From: Thermoplasmata archaeon
Lineage (GTDB): Archaea > Thermoplasmatota > Thermoplasmata > Lutacidiplasmatales > UBA184
Assembly: GCA_049585415.1 (NCBI GenBank)
Contig: JBAUZT010000019.1
Coordinates: forward strand, 10,152-74,151
Length of the DNA: 64,000 bases
Direction of reading: 5' to 3'
The position numbers and the translations under genes were made by a program. Below are positions 1 to 9,146 of this stretch, one piece after another. The notes below the pieces were generated by a model. The model searched no databases. It saw only the letters and a list, made by a program, of their open reading frames with translations, and was not told where the DNA came from. Position 1 is the stretch's first letter; each line of letters opens with the position of its first letter.

Positions 1-159
1 ATGGAATTCCTGCTCGCGACGCTGCACGCGCAGGGATTCCGGGCCGCCCGGACCCACGCGCGCGCCGAGGGCTTTCGCACCGATGCGCCGCGGAGCGTCG
101 TGGAGGCCGTGGCGCGAGGCACCGACGTCCGATAGTGTCGGGGGCGATGCGCCCCGGGC

Positions 160-1326
160 TCACGATCGAACGAACAGCACCCTTCCGCCGCGGACCGTCG
201 CGCGCACGCGGGCGAACGCGAGAAGGTCCGTCCGAGGATCCCCGTCCAGCAGCACGAGGTCCGCGCGTCGCCCCACGGAGACGATCCCGCGATCCGTGAG
301 AACACCGAAACGCTCGGCGGGGGCGGTCGTCAAGGCCGCGAGGACGGCCGGCCAGTCAAGGCCCGCACGACCGAGGGCCTGATACTCGCCCTCCGTCGAG
401 TAATCCGGCATGAACCCGACGTCCGTCCCGAACAGCAACTGACCGCCGAGCTCTCGGAAGCGCCGAACGACCCGGTAGATCGGGTCGAGGTAGCGCGGGT
501 CCTCGCCGATCGTGGTCGCGAACATCTTGAGGGTCGGGATCATCGCCATCCGCCGCCCGACGATCTCCAGGAGCAGGGCATCGTCGACCCCTTCGGTCGA
601 GTCGGGGGGATGCGCGAGCACGTCGACGCCCGAACGGACGGCGACGTCGGTCCCCGCCCGGTTGGACGGGTGGCTGAAGACGAGTACGCGGTGGCGATGC
701 GCCGCTTCGACCGCCGCCCGAGCGACCCCCTCCGGCATGGGCACCACTTTCCCCCGGGCGACGTACGAGCCCGTGAACAGTTTGATGAGGCTCGCGCCCC
801 GAGCGATGGTCCGGTCCACGACGCGTACCGCCGCGGCCGGTGTCGCGGGCTGGGGAAGCAGCGGACGGACCCAGAACGGAATCTCTCCTTTGAGGTAGTA
901 CGGGAGGCCCCGTGGCGGATAGAGACCGGTACCGGCCGTGACGATGGCCGGACCGCGCAGCTCGCCCGCTTCGACCCGCCGGGCGAGCGGGAGCGTGATG
1001 CGGGGATCGGAGCCCGTGTCCACTACGCAGGTGAATCCCCGGCTCGTGAGCATCTCCCGCAGCGACGCGTCGAGCACCGCCGAGGGTGCCTTCGCCGCAG
1101 ACCGCCACTGGCGTTCCGTGAAATGGACGTGAGCGTTCCAGAATCCTGCCATAAGGAATCGACCGTCACCGGGAATCGTCTGCGCCCCCGAAGGAACGGG
1201 AATCCCGGCACCCATCGCCACGATGTGGCCGTCCCGGGCCACGACGGTGCACCGTTCGATCGGAGCGACATTGGGGGCGGGAAGCACCGTGGCGTTCTCG
1301 ATCGCGAGCCACTCGGAGTCGGTCAC
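160..1326 (-). CDS. amidohydrolase family protein (metal-dependent hydrolase)
   Basis: 388-aa ORF with natural residue composition and the motifs HVHFTE and HP...GTD typical of the amidohydrolase superfamily. Its start lies 10 nt after the stop of the upstream gene. Confidence 0.7.
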   Translation of the reverse strand: MTDSEWLAIENATVLPAPNVAPIERCTVVARDGHIVAMGAGIPVPSGAQTIPGDGRFLMAGFWNAHVHFTERQWRSAAKAPSAVLDASLREMLTSRGFTCVVDTGSDPRITLPLARRVEAGELRGPAIVTAGTGLYPPRGLPYYLKGEIPFWVRPLLPQPATPAAAVRVVDRTIARGASLIKLFTGSYVARGKVVPMPEGVARAAVEAAHRHRVLVFSHPSNRAGTDVAVRSGVDVLAHPPDSTEGVDDALLLEIVGRRMAMIPTLKMFATTIGEDPRYLDPIYRVVRRFRELGGQLLFGTDVGFMPDYSTEGEYQALGRAGLDWPAVLAALTTAPAERFGVLTDRGIVSVGRRADLVLLDGDPRTDLLAFARVRATVRGGRVLFVRS

Positions 1327-1336
1327 GGCCTCCCCG

Positions 1337-4183
1337 TTAGTCCCAGAACGCCCTGGTCTTCGCGTAACTGCGCTCGGACCGAAGGATCTCGGTGAAGAAC
1401 GCGTCGTCGTCCCGGTAGAGTCGCATCAGGAGCCGCCGTGCGGTCTCGGGTCCGATCCCGCGCGCCGCGAGGGCGAACAGCGCCCGCTCGCCGTAGTGGG
1501 CCACCAGCTCGGCGGACGTGTACCCGGCCCGCACGAGCGCCTCGAGCTCGGGGGACGGAGGGCGCTCCCGACGCTTCGCGCGCGGGGAGCCCCGCTTCGG
1601 CGGCTTCCATTTCTCCTTCGCGTACCGCGAGAGGCGATCCACCTCCTCCATGCGCCGGGGAGAGAGGACCGCGGAGAGCGAGCCATGGCAGAGCAGGCAT
1701 CGGCTCCCGCCCTCCGACTTGTACCGCGCCGGGGTCGTCGTGCGTACGAACCCGCAACGTAGGCAGACGAGGACGAGCGGTTCCTTCTCGAGGCGCTCGC
1801 GGACCGCTCGGAGGAGGGTCGGCGGGGGAGTGTCGGGAAGGGTTCGCCACTGGAGGCGCTCGAGCGGACCATCGGAGAGCGTGGACGCGACAGTGGCGAC
1901 GACCTGGATCGTCCCCGCACGGACCCGCTCGAGCACGGTCTCCGCGTGGGCGACGTCAAACCGGTCGTGAAGGGTCTTCTCGAGCACTTCTTCTCCGAGC
2001 GGCGACGCGCGTGCCGCCTCCAAGAGCGGCTCGAGAGTGCGGAGGTCTCGAGGGTCGGCCGATGACGGTAGCACGCCGAGCTTGCGCGCCACCGCGAGAA
2101 ACACCCAGCGGTAGTCGAGCCCGGACGGAACGAGTCGCTGGACGAGCGGGCGCAGGGAGGCCGGTTCGATCGAGAAGGCGTCGACCAGTGTAGGTGCGTC
2201 GACCGCGATCGGCAGTTCCAGGACGAACCACGTCGGCTCGACGGCCGCGACCTCGCACCGCGCCCCGAGTCGAGCGGTCAAGAGTCCCGACGTGGCGAGC
2301 GCGAGCGTCTCGTTCGTTCGGGTGCCAAAGCACGCCCCGTAGACCACGATCCTCCCCCGGGCGGTGACGGTCACCCGGTCGTCGGTCGGTAGCGCGTCCG
2401 CCGCGAGCGCCGCCGCCCGTCGACGGTCGAGCCGGGCCCGATCCTCGAGGGAGAGCGGGTACTCTGCGATGTTCCCTTCCCGTCGAAGTCGACCGATCTC
2501 CTGGGCAACGTCGAACGGAACGGGAAGGTCCTCGCCCGCCCAACGGGGCTCTTGGCCGATCTCGCTCACTGTCTCGACCAGGAGCTCGCCGTCGCGGTAT
2601 TCCACGACCTTCCAGGTCCGGCCGTGGAGGAGGAAGATCTCCTCGGGCTGGGCGAGGATCTGCGTGAGGACGAATCGCTCGTCCAACGTCCCGATCGTCC
2701 GTCGGGTCGCGATATCGCGCAATCGGTACGTCCGCTCGTCCGGGATGAGGGAAAGCGACGAGTAGAAGCGGTGCAGCGTCCCGCGGCCGCTGGTCAATTG
2801 ACCCACGGAACGCTTCGCGAGGCCGAGGCCGACGAGGTAATCGATCAGTTCGTCCCAGTCCGAGGGGGAAAGGTCCCGGACCGCGGCGGCGTGGCCGAGG
2901 GTGCGGACCAGGCGGTCCCGGTCGACCGACCCCTCGGCGCGGAGGGTCGCGACGATCTGCTGGGCCGCGGCGAGACGATTGCGCGTTCGCCACGACGCCG
3001 GCTCGACCTGTCCCTCGTCCGCCCGCCGGGCCAGGACCGTCGCCTCCTCGAGGTCGTCCTCATCGAGCGAGAGGACGACGCCGTGGATCGTCCGGTCGCT
3101 CCGATGTCCCGAGCGACCGACTCGCTGGAGGAGGCGGCCGACCTGGTGGGGCGAACCGAACTGCACTACATGGTCGACGACCCCGATATCGATCCCGAGC
3201 TCGAGGGACGAGGTCGCGACCAGGGCTCGAAGCTGCCCGTCGCGAAACGCGCGCTCCGCCTCCTCGCGCACCTCGCGGGAGAGGGAACCGTGGTGGACCG
3301 CGATCGCGAGGTCCGGGGCGAGGAGGTTGAGGCGGGCCGCGAGCCCCTCCGCCGTGGGGCGCGTATTGACGAAGACGAGGGTCGTCCGGTGGGCGCGGAT
3401 CTCCTCCTCCACGGCCCGGAGCCCGCGACGGAGCGGGGCGTCGGCCTTGAGGTCCCGAAGCATCTCGGGAGCGAGCGGGGTCGACTCCTCGGGCGCCCAG
3501 CGGGCGGTGAGCACGAGGTCCCTCGGCTCCCGGGCGGTCCTCACGGAGATCGTCCGAGGGGCGGGGGAGAGGAAACGGGCCACGTCTTCCGGATTGCCGA
3601 CGGTCGCGGAGAGCCCGATCCGACGGACGGTGCGACCGGTCCAGGCGTCCAGTCGCTCGAGCGTGAGACCGAGCTGGGCGCCTCGGTCGGAGCCGACCAG
3701 TTCGTGGATCTCGTCCACGACGACCGTGCGAACGTTCCGGAGTCCCTCACGGAGCCGCTTGCCCACGAGCAGGATCTGGAGCGTCTCCGGGGTCGTGAGC
3801 AGCAGGTCGGGAGGGGAGCGCGATTGCGCCAAGCGGGCCGAGGCCGTGCTGTCGCCGTGACGGACCGCGGCCGTCAATCCGATGTCCTTCACGAGGGCCA
3901 CGAGCCGGTGCTCGAGGTCGCGATTGAGCGCGCGCAGTGGGGTGACGTAGAGGATCGAGATCGGCGGAGAGGGGGTCGCGAGCCGCTGGGAGAGCAAGGG
4001 CAAGAGCGCCGCTTCGGTCTTTCCCGTTCCCGTCGGCGAGAGGAGCAGGGCGTCCTCCTCCGTCTCGAGCACCGGGAGCGCGAGGCGCTGGATCTCGGTG
4101 TACACCCGGATCCCCCGCCGACCGACGGAGTCGGAGATGCGGGGGTCGATCCCCTCGAGCGGAGGTGGTGCGTCCGTCGCCAT
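1337..4183 (-). CDS. lhr: Lhr-like ATP-dependent DEAD/DEAH-box helicase (large helicase-related protein)
   Basis: Walker A (SPTGTGKTEAA), DEIHEL motif II, SAT motif III and a C-terminal Lhr domain with a CxxC...CxxC zinc ribbon. The start is placed at an internal ATG (MATDAPPP..., 4183) because the upstream part of the 1102-aa ORF overlaps a separate DUF296 gene. Confidence 0.8.
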   Translation of the reverse strand: MATDAPPPLEGIDPRISDSVGRRGIRVYTEIQRLALPVLETEEDALLLSPTGTGKTEAALLPLLSQRLATPSPPISILYVTPLRALNRDLEHRLVALVKDIGLTAAVRHGDSTASARLAQSRSPPDLLLTTPETLQILLVGKRLREGLRNVRTVVVDEIHELVGSDRGAQLGLTLERLDAWTGRTVRRIGLSATVGNPEDVARFLSPAPRTISVRTAREPRDLVLTARWAPEESTPLAPEMLRDLKADAPLRRGLRAVEEEIRAHRTTLVFVNTRPTAEGLAARLNLLAPDLAIAVHHGSLSREVREEAERAFRDGQLRALVATSSLELGIDIGVVDHVVQFGSPHQVGRLLQRVGRSGHRSDRTIHGVVLSLDEDDLEEATVLARRADEGQVEPASWRTRNRLAAAQQIVATLRAEGSVDRDRLVRTLGHAAAVRDLSPSDWDELIDYLVGLGLAKRSVGQLTSGRGTLHRFYSSLSLIPDERTYRLRDIATRRTIGTLDERFVLTQILAQPEEIFLLHGRTWKVVEYRDGELLVETVSEIGQEPRWAGEDLPVPFDVAQEIGRLRREGNIAEYPLSLEDRARLDRRRAAALAADALPTDDRVTVTARGRIVVYGACFGTRTNETLALATSGLLTARLGARCEVAAVEPTWFVLELPIAVDAPTLVDAFSIEPASLRPLVQRLVPSGLDYRWVFLAVARKLGVLPSSADPRDLRTLEPLLEAARASPLGEEVLEKTLHDRFDVAHAETVLERVRAGTIQVVATVASTLSDGPLERLQWRTLPDTPPPTLLRAVRERLEKEPLVLVCLRCGFVRTTTPARYKSEGGSRCLLCHGSLSAVLSPRRMEEVDRLSRYAKEKWKPPKRGSPRAKRRERPPSPELEALVRAGYTSAELVAHYGERALFALAARGIGPETARRLLMRLYRDDDAFFTEILRSERSYAKTRAFWD

Positions 4184-4233
4184 GGTCCGTGCTCCGACGA
4201 CCGCGACCGAGGGGAAAGGGGTGTCGGGAACCC

Positions 4234-4689
4234 CTACGGATTCTTCTCCGGCTCGAGGTCGAGCATTCGGAGCCCCCAGCTCTCCACCAACGGTCGACCG
4301 AACGTCCGACCCGGGAACGTTTCGATCGCCACCTCCTGGAGGACTCCGACGGTGGCGCGGATCAGATGGCCCCCGACCAGGCGATGGTCGGGGCCGGCCA
4401 CGGCGCTGTGGAGATGGATCGACGGGGCGCCGTCCGCACGCGCGATCGTTCCGTGCAGCGCGACGACCTCGTGCGGTACAGAGAGCTCGTGCGGCTGGTA
4501 CTGCTTTCCATCCCAGTAGCCGAAGGTCGCCTTTTGGAACATCCCAATACCGAACGGTATCTGAGCGGCGGTGATCCCTTCTCGCCGGGCGAATTCGCTG
4601 AGTGTCGCAAACAGGTCCTGTCCATCGTCGAGACGGACCATCCATCGTGAACCGTCGTGCACCGCTTGCATCGGCCGGCCGAGACGCAC
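4234..4689 (-). CDS. PPC (DUF296) domain predicted DNA-binding protein
   Basis: About 150 aa matching the plant-and-prokaryote-conserved DUF296 fold (FATLSEFARREGITAAQIPFGIGMFQKATFGYWD...HLHSAVAG). Sits immediately upstream of lhr on the same strand. Confidence 0.6.
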   Translation of the reverse strand: MRLGRPMQAVHDGSRWMVRLDDGQDLFATLSEFARREGITAAQIPFGIGMFQKATFGYWDGKQYQPHELSVPHEVVALHGTIARADGAPSIHLHSAVAGPDHRLVGGHLIRATVGVLQEVAIETFPGRTFGRPLVESWGLRMLDLEPEKNP

Positions 4690-4794
4690 GGCCTAATTGG
4701 GGTTTGCCGAAAACACCGCGTGCGTCCGCGGCGTTTCCGCCGGCGTCGGCGACTCGCGAAGGGTTAATGGTGGCCGTCGGGCCGTGGGGGGAAC

Positions 4795-5286
4795 ATGTCG
4801 CCCCCGGAGTCGAACGCTCCGCCCTCCCGCCACACTCGGGTGTCGGTCGGCGGGGTCCTGATCCGAGAAGGGAGGGTGCTGGTGAACCGGGCGTCCTACC
4901 GTACTCGATTCACGATCCCCGGCGGGTTCGTCGAGCGCGGGGAATCTCTCGAGGCGGCGTTGGTCCGGGAGTTCGAAGAGGAGACCGGAGTCCTCGTCCG
5001 ACCCGACCGGCTGTTTCTCGCCCGGTACGAAGTGGCCAACGCGACCGAGTCCGACGCATACTACGCGTTCCTGGTGTCGTACGTCTCGGGCGAGCCCGCA
5101 CCTCGCCCTCCGGAGATCGTCGAAGTGCGGGACCCGGCGCTGGACGAGGCGCTCCGAGCGGATTGGATCTCGGATGCGTCTCGGTTCGCTCTGCGCTGCG
5201 CGCTCGAGCGGGGTGCGGGCTGGGCCCGAGGGAGCTGGCAGAGCCGAGCGGAGCCCCCGCTCTTCACGGAAGTCTACCACCGTTAA
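4795..5286 (+). CDS. NUDIX hydrolase
   Basis: Nudix box GGFVERGESLEAALVREFEEETG. Confidence 0.75.
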   Translation: MSPPESNAPPSRHTRVSVGGVLIREGRVLVNRASYRTRFTIPGGFVERGESLEAALVREFEEETGVLVRPDRLFLARYEVANATESDAYYAFLVSYVSGEPAPRPPEIVEVRDPALDEALRADWISDASRFALRCALERGAGWARGSWQSRAEPPLFTEVYHR

Positions 5287-5355
5287 CCCGGAGCCTCTCA
5301 ACGCTCGAGCGGGGGCCAAACCGTTTAGGTTCCGGACTCCTGCCAACAGACTCCC

Positions 5356-6186
5356 ATGCACCCGGTACTGCATTCGCCGCTCGGCGCTACGCCCGAGCGG
5401 GAGGTCATCTCGCGCCTCCGCGCGGGCGGGCCCGTGCTCGTGGCGCTCTCGGGTGGCGTGGACTCATCGGTCGTCGCCGCCCTCGCTCATGACGCGCTCG
5501 GCTCCGCGAGCGTCGCCGTGACGCTCAGTGGACCAGCGGTGTCGAACGCCGAAGTGGAACGCGCTCGCCGCGTGGCCGCGGCCATCGGTATCGCGCACGT
5601 CGTGGTGCCTGTCAATCCGCTCACCCGCGAGGAGTACCGGTCGAACCCCCCGAATCGATGCTACTTCTGTCGCTCGGTCGAATCCGAAGCACTGCTCCGT
5701 GTCGGGCGGGAACGCGGGGTCGTCCAGTACGTGGACGGGATCCACCTCGACGATCTCTCGGACGACCGTCCCGGGGTGAAGGCCATGGACGCCGCCGGTT
5801 TCGACCATCCGCTCGTCCGCGCGCATTGGACGAAGGCGGACGTCCGCACGTCCGCCCGTGACCGAGCGCTTCCGAACTGGGACCAGCCGTCCGATGCGTG
5901 CCTCGCTTCCCGCGTGGCGCACGGAGAACCGCTCTCCCAAGAACTGTTGACGCGGATCGAACTCGGCGAGCAGTGGTTGCTCGAACGGGGATTCCGTCGA
6001 GTGCGGATCCGAACGAGCCAGGGGGCGGCCCGAGTCGAGGTCGACCCCGAGGAGGTGGCGCGGCTGGGTGTGGAACCCCTCGCTTCCGGGCTTCGGCGGG
6101 CGTTGGAAGCGTTGGGATTCCATCCCGTGACGATCGACCCCCGCGGGTACGGGGCGGCGCGCCCGCTTCGGCGCGGGCCGCCATGA
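5356..6186 (+). CDS. PP-loop ATP pyrophosphatase, LarE/TIGR00268-like sulfurtransferase family
   Basis: SGGVDSS PP-loop motif near the N-terminus and a conserved CYFCR motif. About 276 aa. Confidence 0.65.
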   Translation: MHPVLHSPLGATPEREVISRLRAGGPVLVALSGGVDSSVVAALAHDALGSASVAVTLSGPAVSNAEVERARRVAAAIGIAHVVVPVNPLTREEYRSNPPNRCYFCRSVESEALLRVGRERGVVQYVDGIHLDDLSDDRPGVKAMDAAGFDHPLVRAHWTKADVRTSARDRALPNWDQPSDACLASRVAHGEPLSQELLTRIELGEQWLLERGFRRVRIRTSQGAARVEVDPEEVARLGVEPLASGLRRALEALGFHPVTIDPRGYGAARPLRRGPP

Positions 6187-8231
6187 CGCCGCCGACGTCC
6201 GCGCCGGCGGAAAGCCCGCCGCTCCCGGGACGCTTCCAACTCGAGACCGACCTCGTGCCTCAGGGCGACCAACCGAAGGCGATCGAGGAGATCGTCCGCC
6301 GGGTGGAGAACGGCGAGAAGTACATCACGCTCCTCGGGGTCACGGGAAGCGGCAAGACGTTCACGATGGCCCACACGGTCGCTCGATTGCAGCGACCGAC
6401 CCTCGTGGTGAGCCCGAACAAGACGCTCGCCGCCCAGCTCGTCAGCGAGTTCCGTGCGCTGTTCCCCCGCAACGCCGTCGAGTACTTCGTGAGCTACTAC
6501 GACTACTATCAGCCCGAGGCATACGTCCCGCAGATCGACCTGTACATCGAGAAGGACGCGACGATCAACGAGGAGATCGACCGTCTCCGCCACCGGGCCA
6601 CGCAAGCGCTGCTCACGCGACGCGACGTGCTGATCGTCGCTTCAGTGAGCTGCATCTACGGCCTCGGGTCGCCGGAGGATTACCGCGCGTCCGTCATCGA
6701 CCTCGCCGTCGGCCAATCGATCGGGCGCCAGTCGTTGCTCGAGCACCTCGTCCGGATGAAGTACCAACGGAACGACATGGAGCTCAAGCGCGGTCGATTC
6801 CGAGTCCGGGGCGGCACGATCGACGTGATGGGGGCCGGGGAGACGGTCCATCGCATCCTCCTCGACGGCAGCACGGTCGGCGCGATCGCCGAGCTCGACC
6901 CGATCACTCAGGAGGAGGTCCGGGAGCTCAGCCGCCTCTCGATCTTCCCGGCGACCCACTTCCTGACGGTCGACGAGCGCGTCCGCACCGTGCTCGGGGA
7001 GATCGAGAAGGAGAAGGAGGCTCGGGTGCGCGAGCTGCGACAAGCGGAGAAGATCGTCGAGGCCCAACGGTTGCAGGGGCGGGTCGAGTACGACCTCGAG
7101 ATGATCCGGGAGACCGGTTTCTGCTCGGGGATCGAGAACTACGCGCGGTACTTTTCCGGTCGCAAGCCCGGTGAGCCCCCGTACACTCTGATGGATTTCT
7201 TTCCGGACGACCTCCTCGTCTTCCTCGACGAGTCGCACGTCACGATCCCGCAGCTCCAGGGGATGTACAAGGGCGACCGGAGCCGCAAGGACAACCTGGT
7301 CGAGTTCGGCTGGCGTCTCCCCTCCTGTCGCGACAACCGGCCGCTCAAGTTCCCCGAGTTCCTCGAGCACGTTCCCGAGCTCGTCTTCGTCTCCGCGACC
7401 CCCGGACCGTTCGAGCGGAAGGTGTCGAAGGGGGTCGTGGAGCAGATCATCCGGCCGACGGGCCTCGTCGACCCCCCCATCGAGGTGCGACCGCTCAAGG
7501 GCCACATCGCCGACCTCGTGGAGGAGCTGCGGGCGTGCATCGCCCGCGGGGACCGCTCGCTCGTCACCACTCTCACGAAAGCGACGTCGGAGGAGCTCGC
7601 GAACTACCTCTCGAACCAGGGGTTCAAGGTCCGCTATCTCCACTCGGAAGTGGAGACGCTGAAGCGCGTCGAGATCCTCCGCGACCTGAGGGTGGGCCGG
7701 TTCGACGTCCTGGTCGGGATCAACCTCCTGCGGGAAGGGTTGGACCTCCCCGAGGTGAGCTTCGTCGCGATCCTCGACGCCGACAAGGAGGGGTACCTTC
7801 GGAGCGAGACCTCGATCATCCAGACCGCGGGCCGCGCGAGCCGGAACCTCGACGGGAAGGTCATCCTCTATGCGGACCGGACGACCGGCTCGATGTCCCG
7901 GGCGATCGCCGAGATGTCGCGACGCCGCGCTGCGCAGGTCGTCTACAACGCAGCGCATGGGATCGTTCCCGAGACCGTCGTGAAAGAGGTCCGCGCGCTC
8001 CTGGGACCCGAAGAGGCGTCTCCGTCCGGCGAGCTCTCCGTCTCGGGACTTGGGAAAAAGTGGAAGGAGCGCCTCCCTCTGCTGCTCGCGAATCTCGAGG
8101 AGGAGATGCGACTTGCGGCCGAGCGACTCGATTTCGAGGAAGCGGCGCGCATCCGAGATCGGATCCGCGAAATCAAGCGCGATGTCGCGTCGACACCCGA
8201 CCAGCGGCCGAGCGCGGTCGCCCGGACCTAG
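6183..8231 (+). CDS. uvrB: excinuclease ABC subunit B (UvrB)
   Basis: Walker A GVTGSGKTF, the YYDYYQPEAY β-hairpin region, helicase motifs and the C-terminal UvrB/UvrC interaction helix (EEAARIRDRIREI). The start at 6183 overlaps the previous gene's stop (ATGA). Confidence 0.9.
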   Translation: MTPPTSAPAESPPLPGRFQLETDLVPQGDQPKAIEEIVRRVENGEKYITLLGVTGSGKTFTMAHTVARLQRPTLVVSPNKTLAAQLVSEFRALFPRNAVEYFVSYYDYYQPEAYVPQIDLYIEKDATINEEIDRLRHRATQALLTRRDVLIVASVSCIYGLGSPEDYRASVIDLAVGQSIGRQSLLEHLVRMKYQRNDMELKRGRFRVRGGTIDVMGAGETVHRILLDGSTVGAIAELDPITQEEVRELSRLSIFPATHFLTVDERVRTVLGEIEKEKEARVRELRQAEKIVEAQRLQGRVEYDLEMIRETGFCSGIENYARYFSGRKPGEPPYTLMDFFPDDLLVFLDESHVTIPQLQGMYKGDRSRKDNLVEFGWRLPSCRDNRPLKFPEFLEHVPELVFVSATPGPFERKVSKGVVEQIIRPTGLVDPPIEVRPLKGHIADLVEELRACIARGDRSLVTTLTKATSEELANYLSNQGFKVRYLHSEVETLKRVEILRDLRVGRFDVLVGINLLREGLDLPEVSFVAILDADKEGYLRSETSIIQTAGRASRNLDGKVILYADRTTGSMSRAIAEMSRRRAAQVVYNAAHGIVPETVVKEVRALLGPEEASPSGELSVSGLGKKWKERLPLLLANLEEEMRLAAERLDFEEAARIRDRIREIKRDVASTPDQRPSAVART

Positions 8232-8255
8232 CGGCCCCGGGCGTTCGCCGCGCTC

Positions 8256-9146
8256 TTGTACCCCCTCCGGTCTGTCGGAGATGTGCCCACCCGGCGTCCC
8301 TCGCAGTCGCTGCGCCGGGGCGGGCTCTCCACGCTGCGCCGTTCGGGAGCGGTGAGCGACCTCCTCTTCCTGTACGAATGCGAAGCCCACGACGTCCGTC
8401 AGCTCCGGGTCGTCGCCGAACGACTGGGGCTCTCGGTCCAGGCGGTGTCCCACACGTTCCGGACCTTGGCTCGGCGCGGACTCGCCGAGCTCCGGGACGG
8501 ACGGTACCGTTCCACCGTGCGCGGGGTCGACTGGTTGCACTCGGCCCTCGGAAGCGTACGGGACGACCTCGCCGAGCGTCTCGATCGGCTGCACATCGTT
8601 CGGACGACTCCGGCGCTCGCCGGCGCATCGATCGCCTCGGGGGAGATGGTCCGCCTCGAGATTCGAGACGGGGTGCTCACCGCCACCCCGGGGTCGACCC
8701 CGGGATCGCGCGGTCGTTCGCGCGGGGCAGCGAAGTCCGGTGAGCTCGTGGAGGTCGGGGAGCTCGAAGGGATCGTTCCCCTACCGCTCGGAAGGGTCCA
8801 GGTGATTCCGCTCCCGAATGACCGGATCGGGGATGCGACCCTTCCCGCCGACCTGCGGTCCACCCTGTCGAGCGCGCGGCCTGGACTGCTGGCGGCGTTT
8901 GGGCTCGGTGCCTACCACGTCCTTGCGCGGGCCGCGCCGCGCCGGCCGTTCGTGCGATTCGGCGTGGCGTCGGCGCTCACGGAGGCGACAGCGCTAGGGG
9001 TCGATGGGACGGTAGTGGTCACGGACCGCGACCTGCCGCGACTCTTCCTCCAGTTCGATCGGCCCGAGACTCCATCGTTGGAATTCCTGCCGTTACGGCG
9101 TCGGGGCGTCCGGCGCCCGGAATCGCGCGGCCATCGCCGCGACTAG
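8256..9146 (+). CDS. putative winged-helix transcriptional regulator with an uncharacterized C-terminal domain
   Basis: HTH-like segment (LSVQAVSHTFRTLARRGLAELRDGRY). The start codon is uncertain (possibly an internal GTG). Weak identification. Confidence 0.35.
   Translation: MYPLRSVGDVPTRRPSQSLRRGGLSTLRRSGAVSDLLFLYECEAHDVRQLRVVAERLGLSVQAVSHTFRTLARRGLAELRDGRYRSTVRGVDWLHSALGSVRDDLAERLDRLHIVRTTPALAGASIASGEMVRLEIRDGVLTATPGSTPGSRGRSRGAAKSGELVEVGELEGIVPLPLGRVQVIPLPNDRIGDATLPADLRSTLSSARPGLLAAFGLGAYHVLARAAPRRPFVRFGVASALTEATALGVDGTVVVTDRDLPRLFLQFDRPETPSLEFLPLRRRGVRRPESRGHRRD

Noticed and set aside
1-135. Short in-frame ORF at the window edge (MEFLLATLHAQGFRAARTHARAEGFRTDAPRSVVEAVARGTDVR*).
   Set aside because: Only 44 codons and no recognisable motif. 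It could be the 3' end of a gene starting outside the window. It cannot be supported.
2552-4519. 655-aa plus-strand ORF antisense to lhr. Similar long antisense ORFs include 6642..8594 (opposite uvrB), 55274..57403 (opposite kdpB), 48890..52447 (opposite aldH/serS/hef), 60550..62625, 18189..19517, 25310..26080 and 26811..28028.
   Set aside because: Extremely Arg/Ala/Gly/Pro/Asp-rich and low in Lys, Ile, Phe and Tyr, which is typical of stop-codon-poor antisense frames in a 68% GC genome. Each overlaps a gene with clear family motifs on the other strand.
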